Assembly: GCA_964016885.1 (NCBI GenBank)
Contig: OZ024746.1
Coordinates: 84,444,001-84,508,000 of the forward strand
Direction of reading: 5' to 3'
From: Eledone cirrhosa
Lineage: Eukaryota
DNA: 64,000 nucleotides
Part shown: piece by piece, positions 1 through 13,015 of the stretch
Layout of the letters: each line of letters opens with the position of its first letter
How positions within the stretch are numbered: the stretch's first letter is position 1
The notes under the pieces: model-generated
Databases searched by the model: none
Told to the model about the DNA's origin: nothing
Seen by the model: only the letters and a program-made list of their open reading frames with translations
Made by a program: the position numbers and the translations under genes

Positions 1-2609
1 TATCAAGTTTTCTTGAAAGTTTTTCTTTTGTTTTATATTTGCAAAGTAGCAAATTGGCAGAGGCATTGGATTAAATACCTAGGTATTTGTTTTGTTTCAC
101 AGTGCTCTGAGTTCAAATCCTGTCAAGGTGAACTTTGCCTTTCATCCTTTTGAAGTAAAAAAAAAAAAAAATACAAGTTCAAGTGTGGTGGATTAGCAAA
201 TTGTTAAAGAATCAGATGGGAGGCTTTTGCAATATCTGATCAGGCTCTGCACATTCTGGGTTCAAATCTTACCTACTTCTGTCAAGACTTGCAACTGATC
301 AATAGAAATATAGTTTCCTTGGTCCAATCTGATGATTGGCTCCTTTTAAATGCTTCCAATAACATGTTTTCTACTTGTTACTGCATTTCTTAAGTGTTGT
401 GGTTCGTTTTTACAATTTACTGACAAATAATAATTTTATCTGATTTTGGCAAGTATGGAAAGCTTTGTCCAATAATATCAATCATTTTCAGACCTGTCAC
501 CAGGTTTTGGGAGCAGTGGGTGGAGCGTATACTAGTTTCATAGGCATTAAGCAACTGAAAGTGCACTGGATGAGGTTCCAGGCTGTCAGAGAGCTAACTC
601 CCAACTGCTGCAGGCACAAATTTTCAGCTGAGTGAACTAGAGCAACGTGAAATGAAATGCCTTGCTCAAGGACACAACATATTACCTGGTCTGTGAGTCG
701 AATACACAACCTTATGATCATGAATCCAACACCTTAAAGAGTACATTTCACAATGGAATATTGTTCTCATACACAAGATGGTGCTGCTATCACTACACAG
801 ACAGATATTCTAATCTGCAGGCCAAAAAAACTTCTATCCAACTGATTGGCATCAAGTCTCCAATACCTTCCAGCTTCTGACCCACAGATATGTTGTTTCC
901 TTTCTCTGCTTTTTCTACCATTACTACAGTGGCCTCTACTCTTTAAAGGTGGCTAGTTTCCTGCTCTCCAAACCTACTTATCTCTTCTCTTCTCATTGTC
1001 CACATTGTGTCTATGCCCTCCCCTTTGAAATGCCTCATTAACTACTATGCCCAATCCTACTTCCTCAGAATGTCCACCCTCTTGAATTCCCTACAGTTAC
1101 CAGAGTATAGTCGTTCAAGAAGACCATCAACACCATTGCTCTCACTAGTTTTGGAGGATCTGGAAAGGCCTCGAGTTCAGCCTCATTCCTCCAGATCAAA
1201 CTATTTTTAAAATGCCAAGAAAATAAAAAATTAAAAAATAGTATAAAAATTTTAACTAAATATTAGATGCACAATGCTTGCTTCTTTTGAAGTATGGCAA
1301 ATCGCCTGTCAACTTGATCCCAAATCATTTACTTTGTGAGGTTCAGCTTCATAAGGTCAGCGTTTGCCATGTTGTTCCATATAATCTACTATGAGAGCAA
1401 TGTTAAAAATTGGTGAAGGCCATATTCATTGAAAACATATTCAAAACGAAATATGAATTTCCCGCCAAAAGCAAAACTGGTGTAATATTCATCTCCAAAG
1501 TGAAAATATTTTAGCACCTCATTTATGTAAAATTTTAAAATTGGTGAAAATTGGCAAAATATTGACCTCAAATATAAGTCGACACTCCCATTTTACCATC
1601 GATTTTTTTTTTGCACATAGTTCTAGACTTATATACGAATAAATACGATAATATATTTATTTGTAAAAACTTATGTTAACAAGCATTTATAAATTTTTGG
1701 ATACCCAGAAAACATCACCATTTACACCATAATACACTAGATTGAAAGAGTCGTTAGAACATCGGATATAATGCTTTATAGTATTCGTTCCAACTCTCTG
1801 CTCCCTGAGTTTAAATCCCGCCAAGGTTAACTTTGCCTTTCATCCTTTTGAGGTCGATAAAAACGTACCAGTCTAGTACTGGGGTTGATACTTTCTCTAT
1901 ATCTCTTTCTCATTTCCTCTCTCTCACTTTCTATCTTTCTCTGAAAGAAATCTACTGTACTCAGGCCTGGAGAGGGATCAGCTCTGCCAGGCTTAAAATA
2001 CCCAAGAAACACCATATGTCAATACAGCACCCCTACTACTCTATCAGGAGTTATGGAACCATGCATGCATACTAGATTGACTGGGTCTAAGCAACAACAA
2101 CCTCAACAAGAGAGCTTCTACATGGTCACCTAACATGCTAGAAATAGCAGTCAACTTTCTCTTAAATCACACCCTCCTGTCTTTAATGACCTTGGAGTTA
2201 ACACTTTTGATACCAACCCACCCCAAACCACACATTTTAAGGGGTTCCTATTTAAATTGAAACCTCTTTGTTACTCTCTTAATTAATAATTTTAGTAAAT
2301 CCTTCAAAATTCTTCACTAATTAATTGAAATACAGTGCATGTCATTAGAAATATGGTAATAAAAGGGTCAAACAACAACAACACTAAAAGAAGTAAGATT
2401 CCAAACCAATTTTAACTGAGACTCACCAAGAATCATACATCCATGCACTTTGTACTCAGCTACTTTTAAGTCTAACCACATCATGAAATGAGACAGGATC
2501 CATGGCTGCACCTTTTGCACCATTGATGTAAAATTCTCCTTCATCCCCATGAGATCAGCTGACATGATTTTTCTTGAGATTATGTTATGTCAACCAACTA
2601 AAAGAAAAT

Positions 2610-3150
2610 AATAACAATAATAATAATTCTTTCTATATTGGCCACAAGGACCTACATATAGTGGACAATACAAACAGACAGAGGGAAGGGGGGAGGTTAC
2701 AAAAAGAATTCAGTAAAAAAATAAATACAACAATAATAAACAATAAAAATACAAACAACAGAATTCCCCAATAGGGGGGGAACCACCTAGGAGAAACTCA
2801 GGTACCTCACCAATCCTGAACCACCTGATGCTTCAAGAGCACCTGAGAAGGGCACCCCTCTCCTCCTCAAATAAACTAGCCTTCAGGCGCATGCCAAGAG
2901 TAGGCCTATTCTCACCACATTCACCCATCCTTTAGCAAATGTACTGGAAGGGGGCAACACTTCTCTCTCCAACTTCACCTTCTTTTCCAAGTGAAACTTG
3001 AAAAAGTTGATGAGGGACTGGCCGAATAGAAAAGTGTCTTCAATCCTTTCAACCTGGTCCACCACACAACCTCTTTTGCTACTACCACCAGATAGAGGAA
3101 AACTACATGTGCTTCCCGACCCCAAAAGAAGGCGAGAAGTACAGCCAACA
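2610..3150 (-). mobile_element. L1/Tx1-like LINE 3' end remnant
   Basis: GQSLINFFKFHLEKKVKLERE...FAKGW C-terminal segment, followed by a T-rich 3' UTR and (TTA)n tail. Confidence 0.5.
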
Positions 3151-3159
3151 CCTAACAAG

Positions 3160-3340
3160 ATCTATACCATGTATTCGTTGAATTCAAGAAAGCCTTCGAC
3201 AGGATGTGGCACGATGCACTATGTGGGACCATGAAGAAATATAACATGGGACAAAAGATCATCCACACTATACAACAGTGGTATGTGAAAACTTCAAGTG
3301 CGGTACTTATCCAAGGAACAATGGGGAACTGGTTCCACAA
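3160..3340 (+). mobile_element. RTE RT fragment
   Basis: YHVFVEFKKAFDR.WHDAL..TMKKYNMG...SAVLIQG. Confidence 0.75.
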
Positions 3341-3444
3341 GTGCAGTGGGTGTGTTTTGGTAAAGATATGTTATGTATATCCTGAATAAATATATATATA
3401 TATCCATCATCACCATCATCGTTTAACGTCTATCTGCCACATTA

Positions 3445-3935
3445 GCATGGGTTATATTTAATAATAATAATAATGAAATTATTGTGTACAGTGCTCAGGT
3501 GCACTACAACTCATCAAAGGTGCATGTATAGTATATAGAATAATGTTCAAATGTCAGGAAAATGAACAGTGTATAAGTCATGAAATACATGTGCTTGTGT
3601 ACGGAGGGGGGATATCAGGTATAGTGTTGGTGAATCTTAGGAAGCATGGAGGTTTTAAAGGATGCAGTGTCTCGACAGCTAACAGCTAATGCAGGTAGTT
3701 TGTTCCATGCTTCAGCAACTCTGAACGTGAAAAATTGTTTCCGAAAGTCATGGGAGCTGTGCTGTTTTCTGACTTTGTAGGCATGCCCACGTGTGTTAGA
3801 CACATGGAAATCAAAAAGGTGCTCAGGGTTGTTGTTGGCAAGATGGTTAATAATTTTGTGGGTGTTTATCAAGTCAGTTGCCAGACATTGGAGTTTCAAT
3901 GTATCCACGCCAAGGGAAGCAATCCTCATCAGCAT
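3445..3935 (-). mobile_element. CR1-clade LINE 3' end
   Basis: DLINTHKII...NTRGHAYKV...FRKQFFTFRVAEAWNKLP is the typical CR1 C-terminus. Confidence 0.85.
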
Positions 3936-4129
3936 TTATGATCATTCTCCATGGTCGCATGGGTTCGACGGATTGGCAGGGTCTGTGTAAGCATTGTATC
4001 ATGGCATATGTACATGTTTACTGTCTTTGTTAATACCAGTGTTTGTCAACAGAATACTGATACCTTTTCATTCTATACATTTGGCAAATAGCCTGTGTGC
4101 TTTGATGTTGGTTTTTTTGTTGGAAGGGT

Positions 4130-4470
4130 AAAAGGGTAAAGCCCCCCTTCGGTCACGAATGACCATGGAATTTGCAACTAGAACATTCCTCTCCGAGGCA
4201 CAAGTCCGGGCAAGGTTGTTTGTGGAAGACCAGCAGTTGCCCATACATACCAGTCTCCCCTCTCCACGCTATCCATGTTGTTCAAGGGAAAGGCAATGGC
4301 TGATACAGCTTGGCACCAGTGACATTGCAACTCATTTCTACAGCTGAGTGAACTGGAGCAACGTGAAATAAAGTGAATTGCTCAAGAACACAATGCAAAG
4401 CCCGGCTTGAGAATCGAACTTACAACTTCATGATTGTAAGCCCGGCAGTCTAACCACTAAGCCATGCTTT
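4130..4470 (-). mobile_element. CORE-like tRNA SINE (other copies about 575-740 on -, 45910-46070 on +, 58730-58955 on -)
   Basis: Shared cagctgagtgaactggagcaacgtgaaataaagtg..ttgctcaagga.cacaa...atcgaact, whose reverse complement contains a B box. Confidence 0.75.
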
Positions 4471-5334
4471 CACTTTTTGTTGTAAACATTCAAGTAAATG
4501 TCAATGTTATCAGTCCAAAAGTCTTACATTTTACTGTATAATTAAATTTGATTTTTTTCCTTTTTGCTTTATTTTTAGTGTTGTTGCATTCAGTTGACTT
4601 TCTAAATGAATGTTGTATCTTTGGCTGATAGCCATCTTTTAATTGAATGGAAGTAAATGCAATAAAATTATCTTCAAAATATCCAAAAATAACAAACCTT
4701 ATTTCTCCCCCCCGATATGGGAGAGATGTCCAAAATGTTCCAGAAAGATTCCTTATAAAAAATATTGCAAAAGAAATATTTCTTTCTTCAGTTAGGCTTG
4801 GTAAAAATCCAAATTCTACAGAGTGAGAAAATGCACACTTATCTACAGAAAACACAGAAGAAAAAAAATGATAATAATAATGATTTAAGAACAACGAGAG
4901 TAATTGTCCCCCAGTACTTTTATTTTATTGACCCCAAAAAGAAAAAAAGGTAAAGGCGACCACAGTAGGATTTGAACTCAGAATGTAAAGAGCCAGAACA
5001 AACACCACAAGACATTTGTCCAAAGCCCTAACAATTTTGCAAATCAAGCACCCTTACAAATGATAATTTCTACTTTAGACACAAGGTCAGTCATTTTTTT
5101 TTGTGAGGGGGGGGGGGTAAATCAACCCTAGTACATGACTGGTACTTTATTTTATCGACTTTGGAAAGATGGAAAGCAAAGTTTATCTCGGTGGGAGAGG
5201 CAATTATAATAGTTGGCAACAAGAAGAGCATATGGCTGTAAAATACTACTGCAAAAAGGACTCTATGTCATAGGGCTTGTAAGGCTAACTCCTTACCACA
5301 TGTTGCCAAATAAAGGTATTTTTCTCATTCACTA

Positions 5335-5525
5335 AGCACGCTACTCTCCAAATAGTGCTTCTTCTGATTGTTTCCAAAAATGAAGATGTCTCTGAAAGGC
5401 TCCTGTTTTTAGGGTCGAGAGACCTTCATGCAGGCAGTGACAGTGGAGTTGAGATCTATTTCAGAAGAAGCATTCCTGCTGTGGTTCAAACAACAGAAGA
5501 ATCGGTGGCCTAATTGACCAATCCA
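5335..5525 (+). mobile_element. Mariner transposase C-terminal remnant
   Basis: YSPNSASSDC resembles YSPDLAPSD, followed by LKG.., AVTVELRSISEEAF...RW. Confidence 0.55.
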
Positions 5526-6495
5526 TGTATATAAGTTTGGAAAGCTGAACACACTCTCTCACAATGCTGACAGGGTAGCTTAAAGCTCTCAGTCCAGCCT
5601 GTAAGGTGTTCATGCTGGTGACACAACAAAAGCCCTTAGTCCACCATATAAGGAGCTCATGTTGGTATTATGACAAAAGGGCACCAAGTTCTCTCTATTA
5701 GGTGACATGACAAAAAAGTACCTAACCCTCCCCGCAGTGTGGCCGTGTTGGTGACATGATGGGTGGGCGCCCAGTCACTCCTGTGAGATGCTCATGTTGC
5801 GGACATGACAGGATTGTTAATCCATCATCAGAGATGCTTACTCACACAAACATGAACCGATGAGAGCCCTATCTCTAATTAAATGTTTTAGTTTTCGCGT
5901 GTCGAGCTATAGTATGAACGATTCCCCCGAAATCTTTAATAATGCATCAAAATCGAAATAAGAGCATTTATAAAATGTTGCATTTCCACGAGTCTCGCTA
6001 GTCTCTATTAATTGTGGATTGGCAGTATCGGTAGATGGTCGGACGCCATGCTTTGCAGCATAGAGTTACGGCCCTTTTCGGTCTGAGTCCAAATTCCGCC
6101 GAGCTTAGCTTTGTCTTTCATCCTTACAGGGTCGATAAAATAAAGCACCAGTAATGAACTGGCATAATTGCTGGTCTTGTGCCTAAAGTAGAAACAATTA
6201 TTTTCCCTTAAAAAAAATAAATTAACATTTTTTGTTCAATAATTTGTCTCATTTTACCACGGAAAAAATCATCAAAAGCAAAGAGCGGTGCTTCTAAAGT
6301 GGTAGACAGAATACAAACAATGAAATCGACATTTTCCGACGTTCTACTTAAGTGTACGTAGCCGTACGTAGCCGGTTAAGTAATCATCTCGTACAGAACT
6401 AGTTTGTAACACGTTTGTTTGATTATTTATTTGTTTTTATTATTTTCGTTCTGTTCATTCATTTCAAAGTAGTTGGGGTATTTAATTACAATGAG

Positions 6496-6527
<32 letters not shown>

Positions 6528-6608
6528 ACGAAGGAGTTGTGGTAAGGAACCAGATGGACCATAACGCACCAGAGTACTCAATACTTAAGGTAGTAGAGTT
6601 GGTAATAG

Positions 6609-6717
6609 GAAAAAGTATGACCCCCGACGGCAGAGCTCAAGCCGTTTCGATGGCTATTTCTGGACAGAAATAGCCGTCGAAATGGCTTGAGCTCTGCCGT
6701 CGGGGTCATACTTTTTC
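6609..6717. repeat. 109-bp palindrome between (TA)n tracts; related copy at 28162-28261
   Basis: gaaaaagtatgaccccc...tttctg-ga-cagaaa...ggggtcatactttttc. Confidence 0.95.
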
Positions 6718-7504
6718 ATATATATATATATATATATATATAAATCAGGGTTGTAGTAATGGTTGAAAACAAAACAAACATATTATAAACTAATAAACTA
6801 GTTTTGATCTTTTTACATACGACTGATGGAGAATGTCGATTGCATTGTTTACATTCCATCTACCACTTACGAAAGATTGCTAAAGCAAAGTATTCTAAAT
6901 ATAGCCATTGTGTTAAGATGATCGGTACGTTTAGTTACACCCCCTTTATATTATTACAAGTAAAAGAAAAGAATAGACTAAAAACCGGTGGCACATCAAA
7001 ATATTCCTAACGCAAATCAAATTAAGAAACAAAAAATTCTGCTGCAGCTGAACGAAATGTTTAAAACGAAATGTTTAAAAACATTTTGTTCAGGCGAAAG
7101 AACGCAGCAGTAAGAAATGCAGAGTAGCGCCGGAGTGAATCTCCTTCCTGCATGTGAACACTATTTAAAATTACTGCTATTATAAAAATACTGCATTCAT
7201 TTGTTTAAAATTATTATTGCTGGAGCATTATTATTACTATTATCATTACAATATCGGAAGAGCGTCGGATATCATGCTTTGCGGCATAGAGTTACGTTCT
7301 GAATTCAAACCTCGCCGAGGTTAGCTTTGCCTTGTCGATAAAATAAACTACCAGTCACGCACTGGGGTTGATTTAATCGACTTTCTCCTATCCCAAAATT
7401 ACTGGCCTTATTCTTAATTCAGAAACTATTATTATTATTCAATTCTGGAAATGAAAGGAATAACATTTTTAAATAACAGTAATTATCGGCAAACTATTTT
7501 ATTC

Positions 7505-7660
7505 AGCCAGAGACGTTTGGAAGAGCTGGGCCACTGGCGAGATTCTGGTCATTGTTAGAGGTTCGCCTTACCGTCGTGTCAGGTGATACAAGCAAGGGTG
7601 TTTGGTTATTCCAGAGTCTTAGCCTCACTATCATCCACTGAAATGATGTGAATGTTGGCT
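7505..7660 (+). mobile_element. Second short remnant of the CRE-like element C-terminus
   Basis: Aligns by eye to 13650-13795 (tttgg..gagctgggcc...gtgtcaggtgat...tggtt.ttccag). Confidence 0.65.
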
Positions 7661-7954
7661 AGCCTAAACAATTATTAGAGGGAAACTCCAGCGTACCACG
7701 TTCTTATTTATATTTCTCCTCTTATAGCCTTAGGTTACAAAGAAAACTGAAGTGTGAAAGTGAATTTGGTAGGTTATACTCCAAATCGCCACATTGAGTA
7801 CATTTTTTGCCGTTTCTACAAGTAAACAGAGGAATGTGCCTACACAAATGGCCATAACCTACAATTTTCTCATTACCGAATATACAAAAATATATTTATC
7901 TTATATTTAGAACTGTTAGTTTGCCAATGATGAAGTGGGCCCTTGAATTAGATT

Positions 7955-8330
7955 GCCTGCTACTGGTACCATGTAACCCAGTACAACCTTCTTTATGGTC
8001 GGCGACTAAACTTGTTCCTCCACCTAGTCTAGCGAGGAGGGGTAGGTGGAACTCCAACAGCACAAAAAAAACAAGAGCTGTTAAAAGGAAAGATGAACAT
8101 CTCAGAATCAACAGCCATCCACCTAGCTATTGTTTTTAATAGCTTCGCCAATCCGCAAATGGCCAAGTGAAGTGAATACAGCTACGCCCCTGACATGGCC
8201 AAAACCAAACAGAAAGCGGTGGAGGTCAACCAGGGAGGGGGTTTTCCAACAGGAGTGAGAAAGCCCTGGATTGGATTGAAGATAACCTCAAATAATTCTG
8301 TAATGACTTTCCGCATTGTTGAAAGATAAA
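7955..8330 (+). mobile_element. RTE-type LINE 5' UTR fragment
   Basis: Homologous to the reverse complement of 55760-55930 (gctactggt..catgt..ccagtacaacc...ggcgactaaact...gaggaggg...aaaaacaaga). Confidence 0.6.
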
Positions 8331-9874
8331 AACGGCGATCATTTTCGTGATTGGTATGCGGAATGTAAACAATGAAATTGGCATTTTCCACTGTGTGCGT
8401 GCGCATATTCGTAAATCTCGAACACACACATATACAACAGTAGTTGGTGGTGGTATTTAATGATATCGAGCAAAAAAGGGAAGTTATAGTTTAAACAATA
8501 TTTAATTAATTACATACATATGTATATAAATTTATGTATACATACATGTATAAACGTATGTATGTTCGGCAATATTTGTGATGTAGGGAGATACACACAC
8601 AGTGGAAACTGTCGATTTCGTTCTTCACATTCCGTCTGCCACTCACTAAAGATCGCCCAAAACAATTGGTCTTTTGTGTTAGGTTTCCGTTTTTTTGTTA
8701 GACTACATAAAAATACATCGCAGACTATATTGTATAGAAATAAACGTAAAAAGTAGAAGTAACGGGGTCTGCTATGTTCTTTTATGATTAAAATGTTACT
8801 CTTTTACGATATAATTGAAAAACACGATTTCAAATAAAGTCACAAAACAAATACAACTTGGAAATATTGCAGTTGACAGATGCCAACCTTCTTAACAAAG
8901 GGAGACGATCACTTGAAGTAATTAAAACAAACCGTTATGTTTATAGTATCAAATCTTGAAAAATTGGCAATTATAAACGACATCAAATACTTGAATGGGG
9001 TAAACTAGATTGCTATACACGTATCAAACTAAATAAATGCATAATTGAAAGAATAAAAACACAAACCTCAATATAAACAAAAGAGAATTAAGACGGTAAA
9101 GCATATCAAAATATTCAGCAATGTACTTAACACCAAACATTAAAGCGGACAAATATTTCTTCCGGGCCCTGAACTGAACCGAACTAAGCATCAGTCTCTT
9201 TTCTATCTCACTCCATTTTATTATTAATTGATTATCAAAGCATCAGGTTTTTAAAAAAAACATATTAACACCGAAAGAAAAGGCTTCTGCTATTAATCAG
9301 TCAATATCAACATATTTTTATTTTTATTAAATACACACATGAAATTAGTAATTTTTACAATGACTTTTTCTCACCACTATAGGTGTAATTCCAATTAAGT
9401 TTTCTTGGCTCACTACATCAAGTATATTAGCGTACATTTTACTGTACCTACATACATTTACTTAAAAAACTTATATTTTGTGTATCCTTATTTTTACGTT
9501 CTCCTATCAATTTCTTTTGCATTTTGTCCGAAGAATGATGTCTGAAACGTCATAATTAATTCCCTTTTCACTGTCTACACCCTCCCATTTCCTCAGCTAT
9601 TCTCAACATAACTACATCCTTACCTCAAAAATCTTGACACACCTGTGACCCCGCCATCTAATGCATAGGCCATACATGCATAACATCATACTTATCTTAC
9701 TTCTCTCTCTCTCTCTCTCCTCCCCCACTATTTTGTTCAATGATAACTGAGATAAATTTCAGAATCAAAGTATACTAATACAGATTTAGTAGTGGGTGGC
9801 AATGATCAAACAAAGCGATTGGGTTATCAATAAAATTAATATCAATCAATAAAAAATATAAAATATTGACACAC

Positions 9875-9934
<60 letters not shown>

Positions 9935-10725
9935 CGAACAGATTGTCACGTAGAAACTCGTTGAGTAGGATTTCCCTGAATTCCCTGCCAACTAAAACTT
10001 CTTTCAGCTTTCAGGTCCTTCTTATCCAGATTGATTTTTTTATGTTGTTAAAAAATATTTATTCACAGTTGTATAAAAAATATAATTGTTTCTACTTTTG
10101 GCACAAGGCCAGCAATTATCACAATACATCACTGGTACTTTATTTTATCGACCCCGTAAGGATGAAAGGCAAAGTTAACCTCGTAAAAAATATAATAATA
10201 ATTGTTTCTTCTATTGACACAAGGCCAGCAATTACCCAGTACATTACTGGTGCTTTATTTTATCGACACCGTAAGGATGAAAAGCAAAGTTAACCTCGGC
10301 GGGATTTGAACTCAGAATGGCAAGGGCCGTAACTCTATAATGCTTACAGAACGAAAGCACAAACACATAATATATACAAAGGAAAGAGAAAGGAACAAAA
10401 GAAAGAGGCAAAGAAAGAAAAAAACCCACATAAACAGGTAATACGCACATCTAGGACCACATACAACAAAGGGCAAGCGAAAGAGGTGGACAAACGAGCT
10501 GCTGCCAGAGCAAAAGATAACAATATTGCGAGAAGCACTGTCTCTGAGTTTGTTTGGCCATTACTCAATGATATTGGAAAGAGAAACACTTGAAATTTAT
10601 GTCTGTCTCGTTTCCTGGTGAGAATAAAGTTTATTTGTTTGGTGCGCCCACCCAATTCATATGTAAAAAGTGGCTGTCTGGTTTCTAGAAGTTCATGTTG
10701 CAGATGATTAGATCAAAAGTATCGG

Positions 10726-13015
10726 TAAACCAGATATAGTGAGAGAGGGGTAGAGAGTAAGCCATATATATATAGAGGGGGGGGGGGTAGAGAGTAAATC
10801 AAATATAGTGTGATAGGGGTAAAGAGTAAACCGATATGTAGAGGAGTAGAGAGTAAACCAGGTATATATAGAGGAGTAGAAAGTAAACCAGATATATATA
10901 GAGAGCTGTCGAGAGTGAACCAGATACATATAGAGAGGGGTAGAGAGTAACCAGATATAGTGAGAGAGCGGTAGAGAGTAAACCAGATATAGACAGAGAG
11001 GGGTAGAGAGTAAACCAGATATATAGAGAGAGGGGTAGAGAGTAAACCATATATATAGAGAGGGGTAGAGAGTAAACCATATATATAGAGAGAGGGGTAG
11101 AGAGTAAGTCAGATATATATAGAGAGAGGTAGAGAGTAAACCAGATACAGTGAGAGAGGGGTAGAGAGTAAACCAGGTATATGTAGAGAGTAAGCCAGAT
11201 ATATAGAGTGAACCAGATACATATAGAGAGGGGTAGCGAGTAAATAAGATACAGTGCGAGAGGGGTAGAGAGTAAACCAGATACAGTGAGAGAGAGGTAG
11301 AGAGTACACCAGATATATAGAGAGAGGGGTAGAGAGTAAACCAGATACAGTGAGAGTGGTAGAGAGTAAACCAGATATATATTGAGAGGGGTAGAGAGTA
11401 AACCAGATATATATAGAGAGGGGTAGAAAGTAAACAAGATACAGTGAGAGAGGGGGTAGAGAGTAAATCAGATGTATAAAGAGAGGGGTAGGGAGTAAAC
11501 CAGATATATATAGAGAGGGGTAGAGAGTAAACACGATACAGTGAGAGAGGGGTAGAGAGTAAATCAGATATATAGGGAGGGGTAGAGAGTGAAACAGATA
11601 GATATAGCGAGGGGTAGAGAGTAAACCATATATATATATAGAGTAGTAGAGTAAACAAGATACAGTAAGAGCGGTAGAGAGTAAACCAGATATATAGAGA
11701 AAGGGGTAGAGAGTGAAACAGATACAGTGCGGGAGGGGTAGAGAGTGAACCAGATATATATAGAGAGGGGTAGGGAGTAAACCAGATATATATAGAGAGG
11801 GGTAGAGAGTGAACCAGATACATATAGAGAGGGGTAGAGAGTAAACCAGATATATACAGAGAGGGGTAGAGAGTGAACCAGATACATATAGAGAGGGGTA
11901 GGGAGTAAACCAGATATATATAGAGAGGGGTAGAAAGTAAACAAGATACAGTGAGAGAGGGGTAGAGAGTAAATCAGATGTATAAAGAGAGGGGTAGGGA
12001 GTAAACCAGATATATATAGAGAGGGGTAGAGAGTAAACACGATACAGTGAGAGAGGGGTAGAGAGTAAATCAGATATATAGAGAGAGGTAGAGAGTGAAA
12101 CAGATACAGTAAGAGAGGGGTAGAGAGTAAATCAGATATATAGAGAGAGGGGTAGAGAGTAAACAGCTACAGTGCGGAAGGGGTAGAGAGTGAACCAGAT
12201 ATATATAGAGAGGGGCAGAGAGTAAACCAGATATATCGAGAGAGGGGTAGAGAGTAAACCAGGTATATATAGAGAGGGGTAGAGTGTGAACCAGATATTT
12301 ATATAGAGGAGTAGAGAGTGAACTAGGTATATATAGAGAAGGGTAGAGAGTAAACCAGGTATATATAGAGAGGGGCAGAGAGTAAACCAGATATATTGAG
12401 AGAGGGGTAGAGAGTATACCAGATATACATAGAGAGGGGTAGTGAGTAAACCAGATATATATAGAGAGGGGTAGAGAGTAAACAAGATACAGTGAGAGAG
12501 AGAGGTGTAGAGAGTAAATCAGATATATACAGAGTGAGGTAGAGAGTGAAACATATACAGTAAGAGAGGGGTAGAGAGTAAACCAGATATAGTGAAACAG
12601 ATACAGTGCGGAAGGGGTAGAGAGTGAACCAGATATATACAAAAAGGGGTAGAGAGTGAACCAGATACATATAGAGAGGGGTAGAGAGTAAACCAGATAT
12701 ATATAGAGAGGGGTAAAGAGTAAACCCGATATATACAGAGAGGGGTAGAGAGTGAACGAGATATATATATAGAGAGGGATAGAGAGTAAATCAGATATAT
12801 ATAGAGAGGGGTAGAGAGTAAACCAGATATATGTAGGGAGGTGTAGAGTGTAAACCATATATATATATATAGAGAGAGGGGTAGAGAGTAAACTAGATAC
12901 AGTGCTAGAGAGTAAACCAGATATAGAGAGAGTGAACCAGATACATATACAGAGGGGTAGAGAGTAAACCAGATATATAGAGAGAAAGGTAGAGAGTAAA
13001 CCAAATATAGTGAGA
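10726..13015. repeat. ~2.3-kb purine-rich minisatellite, unit about 30-36 bp (GAGAGGGGTAGAGAGTAAACCAGATA + TA/CAGT variable part)
   Basis: About 70 tandem units are visible directly. The many minus-strand ORFs (YIWFTLYPSL repeats) are by-products of the repeat. Confidence 0.95.

Noticed and set aside
6609-6717. Pre-miRNA or bacterial-type intrinsic terminator
   Set aside because: The stem is about 53 bp with a minimal loop and belongs to a dispersed repeat family, and terminators are irrelevant in this eukaryotic context. Small-RNA production is not excluded but is unsupported.
8790-9560. Possible Penelope GIY-YIG remnant ending in ccgaaga...gaaacgtc (hammerhead-like)
   Set aside because: Too degraded: no convincing protein motif or stem pairing could be read by eye.
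10726-13015. CRISPR-like look (constant repeat plus variable part) and long minus-strand ORFs up to 371 aa
   Set aside because: The variable parts are short, recurrent TA/CAGT variants rather than unique spacers. There are no cas genes and the context is eukaryotic. The ORFs are periodic translations of the repeat.
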